Assembly (NCBI GenBank): GCA_003248865.1 | Contig: QFPK01000005.1 | Location: 95,465-159,464 of the forward strand | Direction: 5' to 3' | DNA length: 64,000 nucleotides | Source of the DNA: Sphingomonas sp. | GTDB lineage: Bacteria; Pseudomonadota; Alphaproteobacteria; Sphingomonadales; Sphingomonadaceae | Shown here: one piece after another, positions 56,735-64,000 of the stretch | Layout: each line of letters begins with the position of its first letter | Position numbering within the stretch: the stretch's first letter is position 1 | Translations under genes and position numbers: made by a program | Notes under the pieces: model-generated | What the model was told of the DNA's origin: nothing | Database searches by the model: none | The model's input: the letters and a program-made list of their open reading frames with translations, nothing else

Positions 56735-58870
56735 ATGAAAGCTTCAACGACAGTCCGGGTCCGTCGTCTGTCCGGCGCCCGCGTCGCCCTGCTGCTGATG
56801 GGCGGCGGCGTCGCCGCTCTGCTGGCCGGCGCGGCGCTCGCCCAGTCCGCCACAAACCCGCTGCTCGACCCCAACGCCGCCAAGGGCCTGCATTTTCACC
56901 CGCTGGGCCAGCCGGCCTCCGCGCCCACCATCGCGCTCCGCGATCAGGAAAAGGCCGGGCTCCCCTTCGCCGACGAGCGCGACTTCGCCGAGGCGAAGCG
57001 CGGCTTCCTGAAGACCCCGCCCTACAAGAAGATCATGGCCGATGCCGGCCACATCGCGTGGGACATGGAAAGCTACCAATGGCTGCTGCAGGGCAAGGAT
57101 TTCCCCAGCATCCACCCCTCGCTGCAGCGTCAGGCCATCCTCAACATGGGCTACGGCCTCTATGAAGTGCTGCCCGGCAAGATCTATCAGGTCCGCGGTT
57201 ATGATCTTGCCAACATCACCTTCATCAGGGGCGACAAGGGCTGGATCGTCTTCGATCCGCTCACCTCGAAGGAGCCGGCCCGCGCCGCGCTGAAGTTCAT
57301 CAACGACACGCTGGGTTATCGCCCCGTGACGGGCGTTGTCTATTCGCACAGCCATATCGATCACTTCGGCGGCGTGCGCGGCGTGGTGGACGAAGCCGAT
57401 GTCCGTTCCGGCAAGGTGCCCATCGTCGCGCCGGAAAACTTCCTTCAGGAAGCCGTCTCGGAAAATGTCTTCGCAGGCAACGCGATGACGCGCCGCAGCC
57501 GCATCCAATATGCGACCATCCTGCGCCGCAGCCCCTTCGGCCATGTCGACCAGTCCATCGGCAAGAATGTCTCGGCCGGTCTGCCGGGCCTGATCGCCCC
57601 CACCGTCACCATAGACCAGCCGTTCCAGGAACTGACGATCGACGGCGTGAAGATGGTGTTCCAGCACACGCCCGATACCGAGGCGCCTGCCGGCATGAAC
57701 ACCTGGTTCCCCGATATGAAGGCCTTCTGGGCGGGCGAGAATGTCACCGCCACCATCCACAACATCTACACGCTGCGCGGCGCCCCCGTCCGCAACGCGC
57801 TGAACTGGTCGAAGGAAATCAACAGCGCCATCCACCACTTCCCGGATGCCGAAGTGCTGTTCGCCTCCCACAGCTGGCCGCGCTGGGGCAACGCCCGCAT
57901 CATGGAAGTGCTGCGCGCCCAGCGCGATCTCTATGCCAACATGCACTCGCAGGCGCTGCACCTCGCCAACCAGGGCGTCACCATCAACCAGATCCAGAAT
58001 GTGTATGAGGTGCCCAAAAGCCTGCAGGCGCAATGGGCCGCCCGCAGCTATCATGGCGCGGTGCGAAACAATGTGCGCGCCATCATCAACCGCTATCTCG
58101 GCTTCTGGGATGGCAACCCGGCCAACCTCAACCCGCTGTCCCCGGCAGACATCGCGCCCCTCTATGTGGACATGATGGGCGGCTCCGCCCCGATCCTCGC
58201 CAAGGGCCGCGAACTGAACGCCGCCGGCCGCTACCGCGAATCCGGGGAAATCCTCTCCCGCCTCGTCTTCGCCCAGCCCGAAAACCAGCCCGCCCGCAAC
58301 CTGCTGGCAGACGCCTTCGAACAACTCGGCTACCAGAGCGAGAGCACCAGCTTCCGAAATTCCTATCTCCAGCTGGCGGCCGAGCTGCGCTCCGGCATCG
58401 CCGAAGGCACCGCCGCCAACACCAGCAGCCCGGACGTGATCCGCGCCCTGACGACCGGCCAGTGGCTCGATTTCCTCGCCATCAGCATGGACAGCACCAA
58501 GGCAGACGGCATGCGCTGGACGATCAACCTGATCACACCCGACAATGGCGAAAAATATCTGGTGGAAATGTCCAACGCCACGCTCACCAACATCCAGGGC
58601 TTCACCAGCCCCACGGCAGACCTCAGCATCACCCTCAATCGCACCGATCTGGATGCCGTGATGATGGGCGCCAGAAGCTTCGAGCAGCTCGAAACAGAGG
58701 GCAAGGTGAAGTTCGAAGGCAGCCGCGAGCCCTTCAGGCAACTCGCCTCCATCCTCACCATCTTCAGTCCGGATTTCGAGATCTTCCCGAAAACCGCCAA
58801 CGCCCGGCCCGTCCCCTCCAGCCTGAAGCCGTTCCAGCTCCCGCCGGAGGCGCTCACCGTTCCGGAATAA
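56735..58870 (+). CDS. secreted MBL-fold alkyl/aryl-sulfatase (SdsA1/BDS1-like)
   Basis: 711 aa with a signal peptide, the metallo-beta-lactamase motif YSHSHIDHFGG, an alkyl-sulfatase dimerisation region and an SCP2-like C-terminus. Confidence 0.85.
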   Translation: MKASTTVRVRRLSGARVALLLMGGGVAALLAGAALAQSATNPLLDPNAAKGLHFHPLGQPASAPTIALRDQEKAGLPFADERDFAEAKRGFLKTPPYKKIMADAGHIAWDMESYQWLLQGKDFPSIHPSLQRQAILNMGYGLYEVLPGKIYQVRGYDLANITFIRGDKGWIVFDPLTSKEPARAALKFINDTLGYRPVTGVVYSHSHIDHFGGVRGVVDEADVRSGKVPIVAPENFLQEAVSENVFAGNAMTRRSRIQYATILRRSPFGHVDQSIGKNVSAGLPGLIAPTVTIDQPFQELTIDGVKMVFQHTPDTEAPAGMNTWFPDMKAFWAGENVTATIHNIYTLRGAPVRNALNWSKEINSAIHHFPDAEVLFASHSWPRWGNARIMEVLRAQRDLYANMHSQALHLANQGVTINQIQNVYEVPKSLQAQWAARSYHGAVRNNVRAIINRYLGFWDGNPANLNPLSPADIAPLYVDMMGGSAPILAKGRELNAAGRYRESGEILSRLVFAQPENQPARNLLADAFEQLGYQSESTSFRNSYLQLAAELRSGIAEGTAANTSSPDVIRALTTGQWLDFLAISMDSTKADGMRWTINLITPDNGEKYLVEMSNATLTNIQGFTSPTADLSITLNRTDLDAVMMGARSFEQLETEGKVKFEGSREPFRQLASILTIFSPDFEIFPKTANARPVPSSLKPFQLPPEALTVPE

Positions 58871-58922
58871 CCCCCACTGCCGCCACGCCGGAACAAGTTC
58901 GCCCCCGCGCGGTTGTTCCGGC

Positions 58923-59135
58923 ATGACAGACCCTCGCAACGTCCATCCGCTGGCGCCCCACCCCGGCACCGCCGAGGAGGGCCCCGGCGAAACCGACAAC
59001 GATCCGGAGTCGGTGCGGCTCCGATCCGGCATCGAAGTCGGAGCCATGCGCTATGTGCTGGGCTTCGGCCTCGTCGTGGCACTGCTCGCGCTGATCGCGG
59101 CCTGGCTGTTCGGTTATCTGCCGGTGGCGCGGTAG
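58923..59135 (+). CDS. small single-TM protein (70 aa)
   Basis: G/C-rich third positions and a C-terminal hydrophobic helix YVLGFGLVVALLALIAAWLFGYL. Confidence 0.5.
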   Translation: MTDPRNVHPLAPHPGTAEEGPGETDNDPESVRLRSGIEVGAMRYVLGFGLVVALLALIAAWLFGYLPVAR

Positions 59136-59146
59136 GCCGAGGCGGA

Positions 59147-59426
59147 TTTTTTTGCCTCCGGCGGGCAGGGAAATGATTTCCCTGCACCCTCAAAGTTGGC
59201 GTCGCGCGCAACTCACAAGCTGCGCATGTGACGTGGTTTGATTGCCTGCGGCGCTGGAACACGCTGGCGCCGCAGGCAGTAAACCTCACCGTCAGCACAA
59301 CCTCTACGAGTAGCTTACGAATGTGGGTGCAGGGAGATCATCTCCCTGCCGGGGTTCCAAGGGCGGAGCCCTTGGCATCTTTCATGGCCATCACCTGACG
59401 GCGATGGCGGGCAGAGCCCTTGGCCT
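59147..59426 (+). repeat. copy C of the nested-palindrome MITE-like repeat family
   Basis: TTTTTTTGCCTCCGGCGGGCAGGGAAATGATTTCCCTGCACCC ... GATTGCCTGCGGCGCTGG..CTGGCGCCGCAGGCAG ... ATGTGGGTGCAGGGAGATCATCTCCCTGCCGGGGTTCC, plus a duplicated GAGCCCTTGGC tail. Confidence 0.8.
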
Positions 59427-59503
59427 TCTTCTCTTCCCCCCCAACCACAGACACGCATTTCGCAGGGTTCAACCCGGCATCGACCTCGGCTAGGTGACTA
59501 TCG

Positions 59504-61348
59504 ATGGCCATCGATCCCAACCCGCTGGAAGATTTCCGCCAGGCGCTTGCCGCCGGCATGCGTGCCCTCGGCCGCCACCCTGAGTTCGAGCTGGCCTATA
59601 CGGCCGACAGGCCTGCCTGCCTTGGCGATCAGGCCCGGGTGCCGCAGCCGTCGCGCAGCCTCACGCCCGAACAGGCGGCGGAAGCGCGGGGCTGGGCTGA
59701 CAGCTTTGCGCTGCGTACTCGCCTGCACGATCCGCGCGCTCATGCGAAGGTGGATGTCGGCCCCGGCCTCCCGCGGGAGATGCTGAACGCGGCCGAGCAG
59801 GCCCGTATCGAGGCGCTGGGCGGGCGCGACATGGCCGGCGTGGCCCTGAACCTGCGCCGCATGCTGGATCTCCGCATGAAGACGGATCCGATCGCGCGCG
59901 CCCGCACGCCGGACGAAGTGCCGCTGGCGACCGCCGTCGGCCTGATCGTGCGCGAGCGGCTCACGGGGGAGCCCGTGCCGGATGCGGCAGCCAATGGCGT
60001 GGACATGGTCCGCAGTCGGCTGGAGGAAGAGGCCGGGGTTCATCTCGACCAGCTTGCGGCCAATGTCGACGATCAGACGGCCTTCGCGGACGCCTTCCGC
60101 CGCGTGTTGGCCGATCTCGGCCTCGCTGACGATCCGGACAAGCCCGAGGACGACGAGCAGCAGGACAGCGAGGACGAGGAAGAGCAGGACAGCCAGGGCG
60201 AGGACGAGGGCGACGACAGCTCCGAAACCCAGACTTCGCAGCCCGCCGCCGAAAGCCGCAGCGAGGAACAGGAAGGCGGCGAATCCGAGGGCGACACGCA
60301 GGAGGTCGAATCCGACGCGGAGATGTCGTCGGATGCGGAGCCTGGCGACGAGGGCGAGGACGGCATGATGCCCTGGCGCCCGAACCTGCCGGATTCCAAG
60401 CTGCCGCCCGATTTCACCTACCGCGCCTGGACGACCGAGTATGACGAGACCGTCACGGCCGAAGAACTGTGCGACGCAGAGGAGCTGGCGCGGCTGCGCG
60501 GCTATCTCGACCAGCAGCTGGTCAGCCTGCAGGGCGCGGTCACCAAGCTTGCCAACCGGTTGCAGCGGCGGCTGATGGCACAGCAGAACCGCAGCTGGGA
60601 TTTCGATCAGGAGGAAGGCATCCTGGACCCTGCGCGGCTGACGCGGGTGGTGGTGCAGCCCGATCATGCGCTCAGCTACAAGGTGGAGCGCGACACCGAC
60701 TTCCGCGACACGGTGGTGACGCTGCTCATCGACAATTCGGGCTCCATGCGCGGCCGCCCTATCTCCATCGCGGCGATTTCGGCCGACATTCTTGCCCGCA
60801 CGCTGGAACGCTGCGCGGTGAAGACGGAGATTTTGGGCTTCACCACCCGCGCCTGGAAGGGCGGGCAATCGCGCGAGAAATGGCTGGCGAGCGGCCGCCC
60901 GGCCAAGCCCGGCCGCCTGAACGACCTCCGCCACATCATCTACAAGCAGGCGGATGCGCCATGGCGCCGGGCCCGGCGCAATCTGGGCCTGATGATGCGC
61001 GAGGGGCTGCTGAAGGAAAATATCGACGGCGAGGCGCTGCTGTGGGCGCACAACCGGCTGATGGCCCGGCGCGAGGACCGCCGCATCCTGATGGTGATCT
61101 CAGACGGCGCGCCGGTGGACGACAGCACGCTGTCGGTGAACTCGGGCAATTATCTGGAGCGGCACCTGCGGCAGGTGATCGGCTGGATCGAGGGCAAGAG
61201 CCCGGTGGAGCTGATCGCCATCGGCATCGGCCATGACGTGACGCGCTATTACAGCCGTGCGGTGACGATCATGGATGCGGAGCAGCTGGGCGGGGCCATC
61301 GTTGACCAGCTGGCGGCGCTGTTCGAGGAGGACAAGCGGGGGCGGTAG
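59504..61348 (+). CDS. cobT: CobT-like protein (vWA domain, acidic central region)
   Basis: 614 aa with an N-terminal CobT pattern, a long D/E-rich linker and a C-terminal vWA/MIDAS domain ([11 protein letters not shown]). Confidence 0.85.
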   Translation: MAIDPNPLEDFRQALAAGMRALGRHPEFELAYTADRPACLGDQARVPQPSRSLTPEQAAEARGWADSFALRTRLHDPRAHAKVDVGPGLPREMLNAAEQARIEALGGRDMAGVALNLRRMLDLRMKTDPIARARTPDEVPLATAVGLIVRERLTGEPVPDAAANGVDMVRSRLEEEAGVHLDQLAANVDDQTAFADAFRRVLADLGLADDPDKPEDDEQQDSEDEEEQDSQGEDEGDDSSETQTSQPAAESRSEEQEGGESEGDTQEVESDAEMSSDAEPGDEGEDGMMPWRPNLPDSKLPPDFTYRAWTTEYDETVTAEELCDAEELARLRGYLDQQLVSLQGAVTKLANRLQRRLMAQQNRSWDFDQEEGILDPARLTRVVVQPDHALSYKVERDTDFRDTVVTLLIDNSGSMRGRPISIAAISADILARTLERCAVKTEILGFTTRAWKGGQSREKWLASGRPAKPGRLNDLRHIIYKQADAPWRRARRNLGLMMREGLLKENIDGEALLWAHNRLMARREDRRILMVISDGAPVDDSTLSVNSGNYLERHLRQVIGWIEGKSPVELIAIGIGHDVTRYYSRAVTIMDAEQLGGAIVDQLAALFEEDKRGR

Positions 61349-61430
61349 GGGACTCCCGCACTACCGTCACCCCGGGCTTGACCCGGGGTCCCGCTGGCTC
61401 TGCGCAACGTGCGGTTTTGCGTGGAACAAT

Positions 61431-61483
61431 TCCTACAAATCCTACACGTCCTACAGCCAAGCTGTTGAAGTTGCAGTGTAGGA
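61431..61483 (+). repeat. three 9-bp-phased TCCTACA direct repeats plus one inverted copy
   Basis: TCCTACA at 61431, 61440 and 61449. TGTAGGA at 61477-61483. CGTCCTACA/TGTAGGACG can form a 9-bp stem. Confidence 0.7.
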
Positions 61484-61486
61484 CGA

Positions 61487-61502
61487 TGTTCCACGTGGAA
61501 CA
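61487..61502. promoter_or_regulatory. parS-like perfect 16-bp palindrome TGTTCCACGTGGAACA
   Basis: Perfect palindrome differing from canonical parS (TGTTTCACGTGAAACA) only at one symmetric position pair. Extra half-sites are GCGTGGAACA (61419-61428) and TGTTCCACGC (61521-61530). Confidence 0.55.
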
Positions 61503-61580
61503 ACCAATGTGGTTATCCGATGTTCCACGCGGCCGGCGGCCAGGCCGCCGAGTCCGCTGGGAGAAGGTAAGGGAAGAAAG

Positions 61581-61605
61581 AAAAAGCGCAGGCAAAGCCT
61601 GCGCC
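61581..61605 (-). terminator. rho-independent terminator of the glycine-zipper gene
   Basis: The minus strand reads GGCGCAGGC-tttg-CCTGCGC followed by TTTTTCTTTCTT. Confidence 0.7.
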
Positions 61606-61697
61606 GTCGGACTGGCGGGCGATAGAGATCGCCCGCTCAGCCGGCCGGGCTTTCGCCGAGTCTGCGAGTTAAGGCTATGCCTTAATCGCAGCCGGCT

Positions 61698-61994
61698 TCA
61701 GCACTTCTTCGCATTCTTTCCAATCACCGCACCCGTCAACGCCCCGGCACCCGCCACCAGCGCCGTCTCGCCCAGGTTCCCGCCGGCAATCGCCGCAACC
61801 GTCCCGGCAGATGCCGCACCCACGATCGCCGCGCGCTCCTTGGATTTCTTCTTGGCGCGCTTGCAGGCCTCATAGCTCTCATAATGATGCCCGTCATATT
61901 CCCAGACGGTCTGCTTCTTTTCCTTCGCCGCCAGCGGCAGGGCAGGGCCGGTCACCATGGCAACCGCCACCAGTCCAAGGGTCAGAACTCGCAT
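61698..61994 (-). CDS. small secreted glycine-zipper protein
   Basis: 98 aa with signal peptide MRVLTLGLVAVAMVTGPALPLAA and a C-terminal AAIVGAASAGTVAAIAGGNLGETALVAGAGALTGAVIG glycine zipper. ATG at 61994 is preceded by AAGGAGA. Confidence 0.65.
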   Translation of the reverse strand: MRVLTLGLVAVAMVTGPALPLAAKEKKQTVWEYDGHHYESYEACKRAKKKSKERAAIVGAASAGTVAAIAGGNLGETALVAGAGALTGAVIGKNAKKC

Positions 61995-62053
61995 CGTCTT
62001 TCTCCTTTCGAACGCCATCCTGATCATAACCGCCTGAATAGCCGATTGCTCCC

Positions 62054-63844
62054 CTAATCGTCGGCCACCAAAGCCAGCAACTCATCCCCGAACCGGCTCA
62101 GCTTGGCGTCTCCGATGCCGGGCACCGCCGCCAGAGCCGCCCGCGTCTCCGGCCGCATCGCCGCAATCGCCTTCAAGGCGCTGTCATGCAACACCACGAA
62201 GGCGGGCACATCCTCCGCCTCGGCCCGGGTCCGCCGCCAGGCGCGCAGCTTCTCGAACAGCCCGGCATCCGCCGCGCCCAGTTCGGCCACCGCCCGCTCG
62301 GTGCGCTTCGCCCGCACCCGCCGCTCCGGCGCCCAGTCGTCCTTGCGCACCGCCACCGGCACGCCGCCTTTCAGGATATCCCGCGCGGCGGGCCCCAGCC
62401 GCACGCCGCCATGCTCGTCCCGCGCCAGCGCGTCATGCGCTTCCAGCAGCCGCCCCAGTTTCAGCCATTGCGCATCGGCCAGATTGCCGCCGATCCCGAA
62501 CACGCTCAGCCGGTCATGCCCGAAGCGTTCCACCTTCTCATCGCTCGCCCCGCGCAACACTTTGGCCACATGCGAAAGCCCGAACATCTGCCCGGTGCGA
62601 TACACGGCGGACAGCAGCTTGCGCGCCTCCTCTGTCACTTCCAGCGTTTCCGGCGCCTCCAGGCAGTTGTCGCAATTCCCGCATGGTTTCGGGTCTGGTT
62701 CGCCGAAATGCTTCAGCAGCGGCACCCGGCGGCAGCCGATAGTCTCCGCCCAGCCCGCCAGCTTGCGCAGCATCTCCAGCTCATGTGCCTTGCGCGCTTC
62801 GTCCGCCTCGCCGTCGTTGATGCGCTGCCGCGCCAAGGTCACATCTTGCGGCCCCCAGAACAGCATCGCCACCGATGCCGCCCCGTCGCGGCCCGCGCGG
62901 CCGGTCTCCTGATAATAGGCCTCGATGGATTTCGGCAGGCCCATATGCGCCACGAAGCGGATATCCGGCTTGTCGATCCCCATGCCGAACGCCACCGTCG
63001 CGCACATCACGCCCGATTCCGTGCGCTGGAACCAGCGCTGGTTGGCGGACCGCTCATCGGCGGGCAGCCCGGCATGATAGACCCGGGCGTCCGCGCCTTG
63101 CGCCTTCAAGGTTTCCGCCGCCTGCTCGGCCCCGGCGCGGGTCTGGCAATAGACCACACCCGCCACGTCGCCCTGAGACTTCACGAATGCCGCCAGCTGC
63201 TCGGCGGGGCGTCGCTTGGCTTCGGCGCGGTACTGGATGTTGGGGCGGTCGAACCCCGCCACCAGCAGGCGTTCCGTGGAAATGCCCAGTTGCTCGCAGA
63301 TGTCGGCCCGTGTTGCGGCGTCGGCGGTGGCCGTCAGCGCCACGCGCGGCACGCCGGGCAGCAGGTCGCACAGGGCCTTCAACCGCCTGTAATCGGGCCG
63401 GAAATCATGCCCCCACTGGCTCACGCAATGGGCCTCGTCGATGGCGATCAAGCTCACGGGGCCTTCGCGCACCAGGTTGCGGAATCCTTCCATCGCGGCG
63501 CGTTCCGGGGCGACATACAGCAGGTCCAGCTCGCCCGCGCGGAACGCCCGCACGGTTTCCGCCCCGTCGCCGGACTGGCTGTTCAGCGCGGCGGCCTTCA
63601 CACCCGCCAGCTCCATCGCCCGCACCTGATCCGCCATCAGCGCGATCAGCGGCGAGATCACGATTCCGCAGCCTTCGCGGCAGATGGCGGGGATCTGGTA
63701 GCACAGCGATTTGCCGGCACCCGTCGGCATCACCAGCGCCATGTCGCGGCCCGCCACCACATCGGCGATCACCCGGCCCTGCACGCCGCGGAACCCCTGA
63801 AAGCCGAATATGGAATGTAGCGTCTCTTCAGGGTCTCGAATCAT
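62054..63844 (-). CDS. recQ: ATP-dependent DNA helicase RecQ
   Basis: [40 protein letters not shown], Zn-finger CGNCDNC, and a C-terminal HRDC domain. ATG at 63844 (alternative 63880). Confidence 0.93.
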   Translation of the reverse strand: MIRDPEETLHSIFGFQGFRGVQGRVIADVVAGRDMALVMPTGAGKSLCYQIPAICREGCGIVISPLIALMADQVRAMELAGVKAAALNSQSGDGAETVRAFRAGELDLLYVAPERAAMEGFRNLVREGPVSLIAIDEAHCVSQWGHDFRPDYRRLKALCDLLPGVPRVALTATADAATRADICEQLGISTERLLVAGFDRPNIQYRAEAKRRPAEQLAAFVKSQGDVAGVVYCQTRAGAEQAAETLKAQGADARVYHAGLPADERSANQRWFQRTESGVMCATVAFGMGIDKPDIRFVAHMGLPKSIEAYYQETGRAGRDGAASVAMLFWGPQDVTLARQRINDGEADEARKAHELEMLRKLAGWAETIGCRRVPLLKHFGEPDPKPCGNCDNCLEAPETLEVTEEARKLLSAVYRTGQMFGLSHVAKVLRGASDEKVERFGHDRLSVFGIGGNLADAQWLKLGRLLEAHDALARDEHGGVRLGPAARDILKGGVPVAVRKDDWAPERRVRAKRTERAVAELGAADAGLFEKLRAWRRTRAEAEDVPAFVVLHDSALKAIAAMRPETRAALAAVPGIGDAKLSRFGDELLALVADD

Positions 63845-63895
63845 CCATCGCTTGTGCGCTGGCACAGCCATGCCCCGCAACGCTAAAGCAGCGGG

Positions 63896-64000
63896 ATGGT
63901 CCAGTTCATCGATCGCGGAGACGGAATCCGCCTCGCCGCCACATTCCAGCCCGGCCGCGGGCCCACGCTGCTGTTCCTGCCCGGCTATATGTCGGACATG
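63896..64000 (+). CDS. N-terminal fragment of a probable alpha/beta-hydrolase (partial, runs off window)
   Basis: [35 protein letters not shown] is typical of alpha/beta-fold hydrolase N-termini. Confidence 0.4.
   Translation, partial: MVQFIDRGDGIRLAATFQPGRGPTLLFLPGYMSDM

Noticed and set aside
61511-61520. DnaA-box-like TGTGGTTATCC near the parS-like site (possible oriC)
   Set aside because: It does not match TTATCCACA/TGTGGATAA. It is a single occurrence, and there is no AT-rich unwinding element or dnaA/dnaN/hemE context in the window.
61249-61875. ORFs 61249..61503 (-) and 61378..61875 (+) containing MFHVEH / MFHVEQ
   Set aside because: Both are read through the TGTTCCACGTGGAACA palindrome, hairpins and a terminator. 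The mirrored MFHVE peptides are an artefact of translating the palindrome on both strands.
1-64000. CRISPR arrays, IS elements or transposases, integrases, rRNA genes, prophage blocks, recognisable defence systems (RM, TA, CBASS, retron etc.)
   Set aside because: I scanned the ORF translations and intergenic regions. There are no regularly spaced short direct repeats with unique spacers, no DDE/HUH/tyrosine-recombinase-like translations, and no rRNA-like sequence. RarA, RecQ and GH19 appear in housekeeping or isolated contexts rather than defence-island contexts.

Overview
This is a visibly GC-rich bacterial chromosomal segment in which coding frames carry G/C-dominated third codon positions. 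The gene content suggests an alphaproteobacterium, possibly Sphingomonadales: there is a PEPxxWA-type PEP-CTERM tail, a cobS/cobT pair, a bolA plus J-domain pair, ATP12, and a long Ala/Pro-rich N-terminal extension on S9. That placement is an inference, not a database result.

Most of the window is densely packed housekeeping genes: tRNA-Leu(GAG), thyA, rpmJ, gpmA, purEK, alaS, ppx, rnd, aspS, dsbD, rplM-rpsI, ndh, ctaA, psd-pssA, pccB, rluC, crcB, rarA, cobS, cobT and recQ. I saw no rRNA, CRISPR array, transposase or integrase.

The parts that ordinary gene calls do not explain are:
1. A nested-palindrome, MITE-like repeat family with four copies. All are in the same orientation and each starts about 9-14 nt after the stop codon of a plus-strand gene. 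One copy carries a second palindromic element inserted inside it.
2. An intergenic region after cobT with a perfect 16-bp parS-like palindrome (TGTTCCACGTGGAACA), two extra half-sites, and three 9-bp-phased TCCTACA direct repeats with an inverted copy.
3. A low-GC, membrane-anchored DUF1963-like gene containing an in-frame, extremely AT-rich segment of about 350 bp. This is the sharpest compositional anomaly in the window.
4. A compact GT2 synthase plus outer-membrane partner resembling a minimal NfrB/NfrA module.
5. A flippase-like / DUF2141 / GT4 operon.
6. An autotransporter with an unusual passenger domain.
7. A PEP-CTERM zinc metalloprotease.
8. Twin operator-like palindromes in front of a membrane-protein/XRE pair.
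9. About 900 bp of unexplained, repeat-bearing non-coding sequence next to the tRNA.

I cannot show that any of these is a complete new system. The candidates are ranked by interest score in the findings. All functional names come from my reading of the translated ORFs and need HMM or BLAST confirmation.
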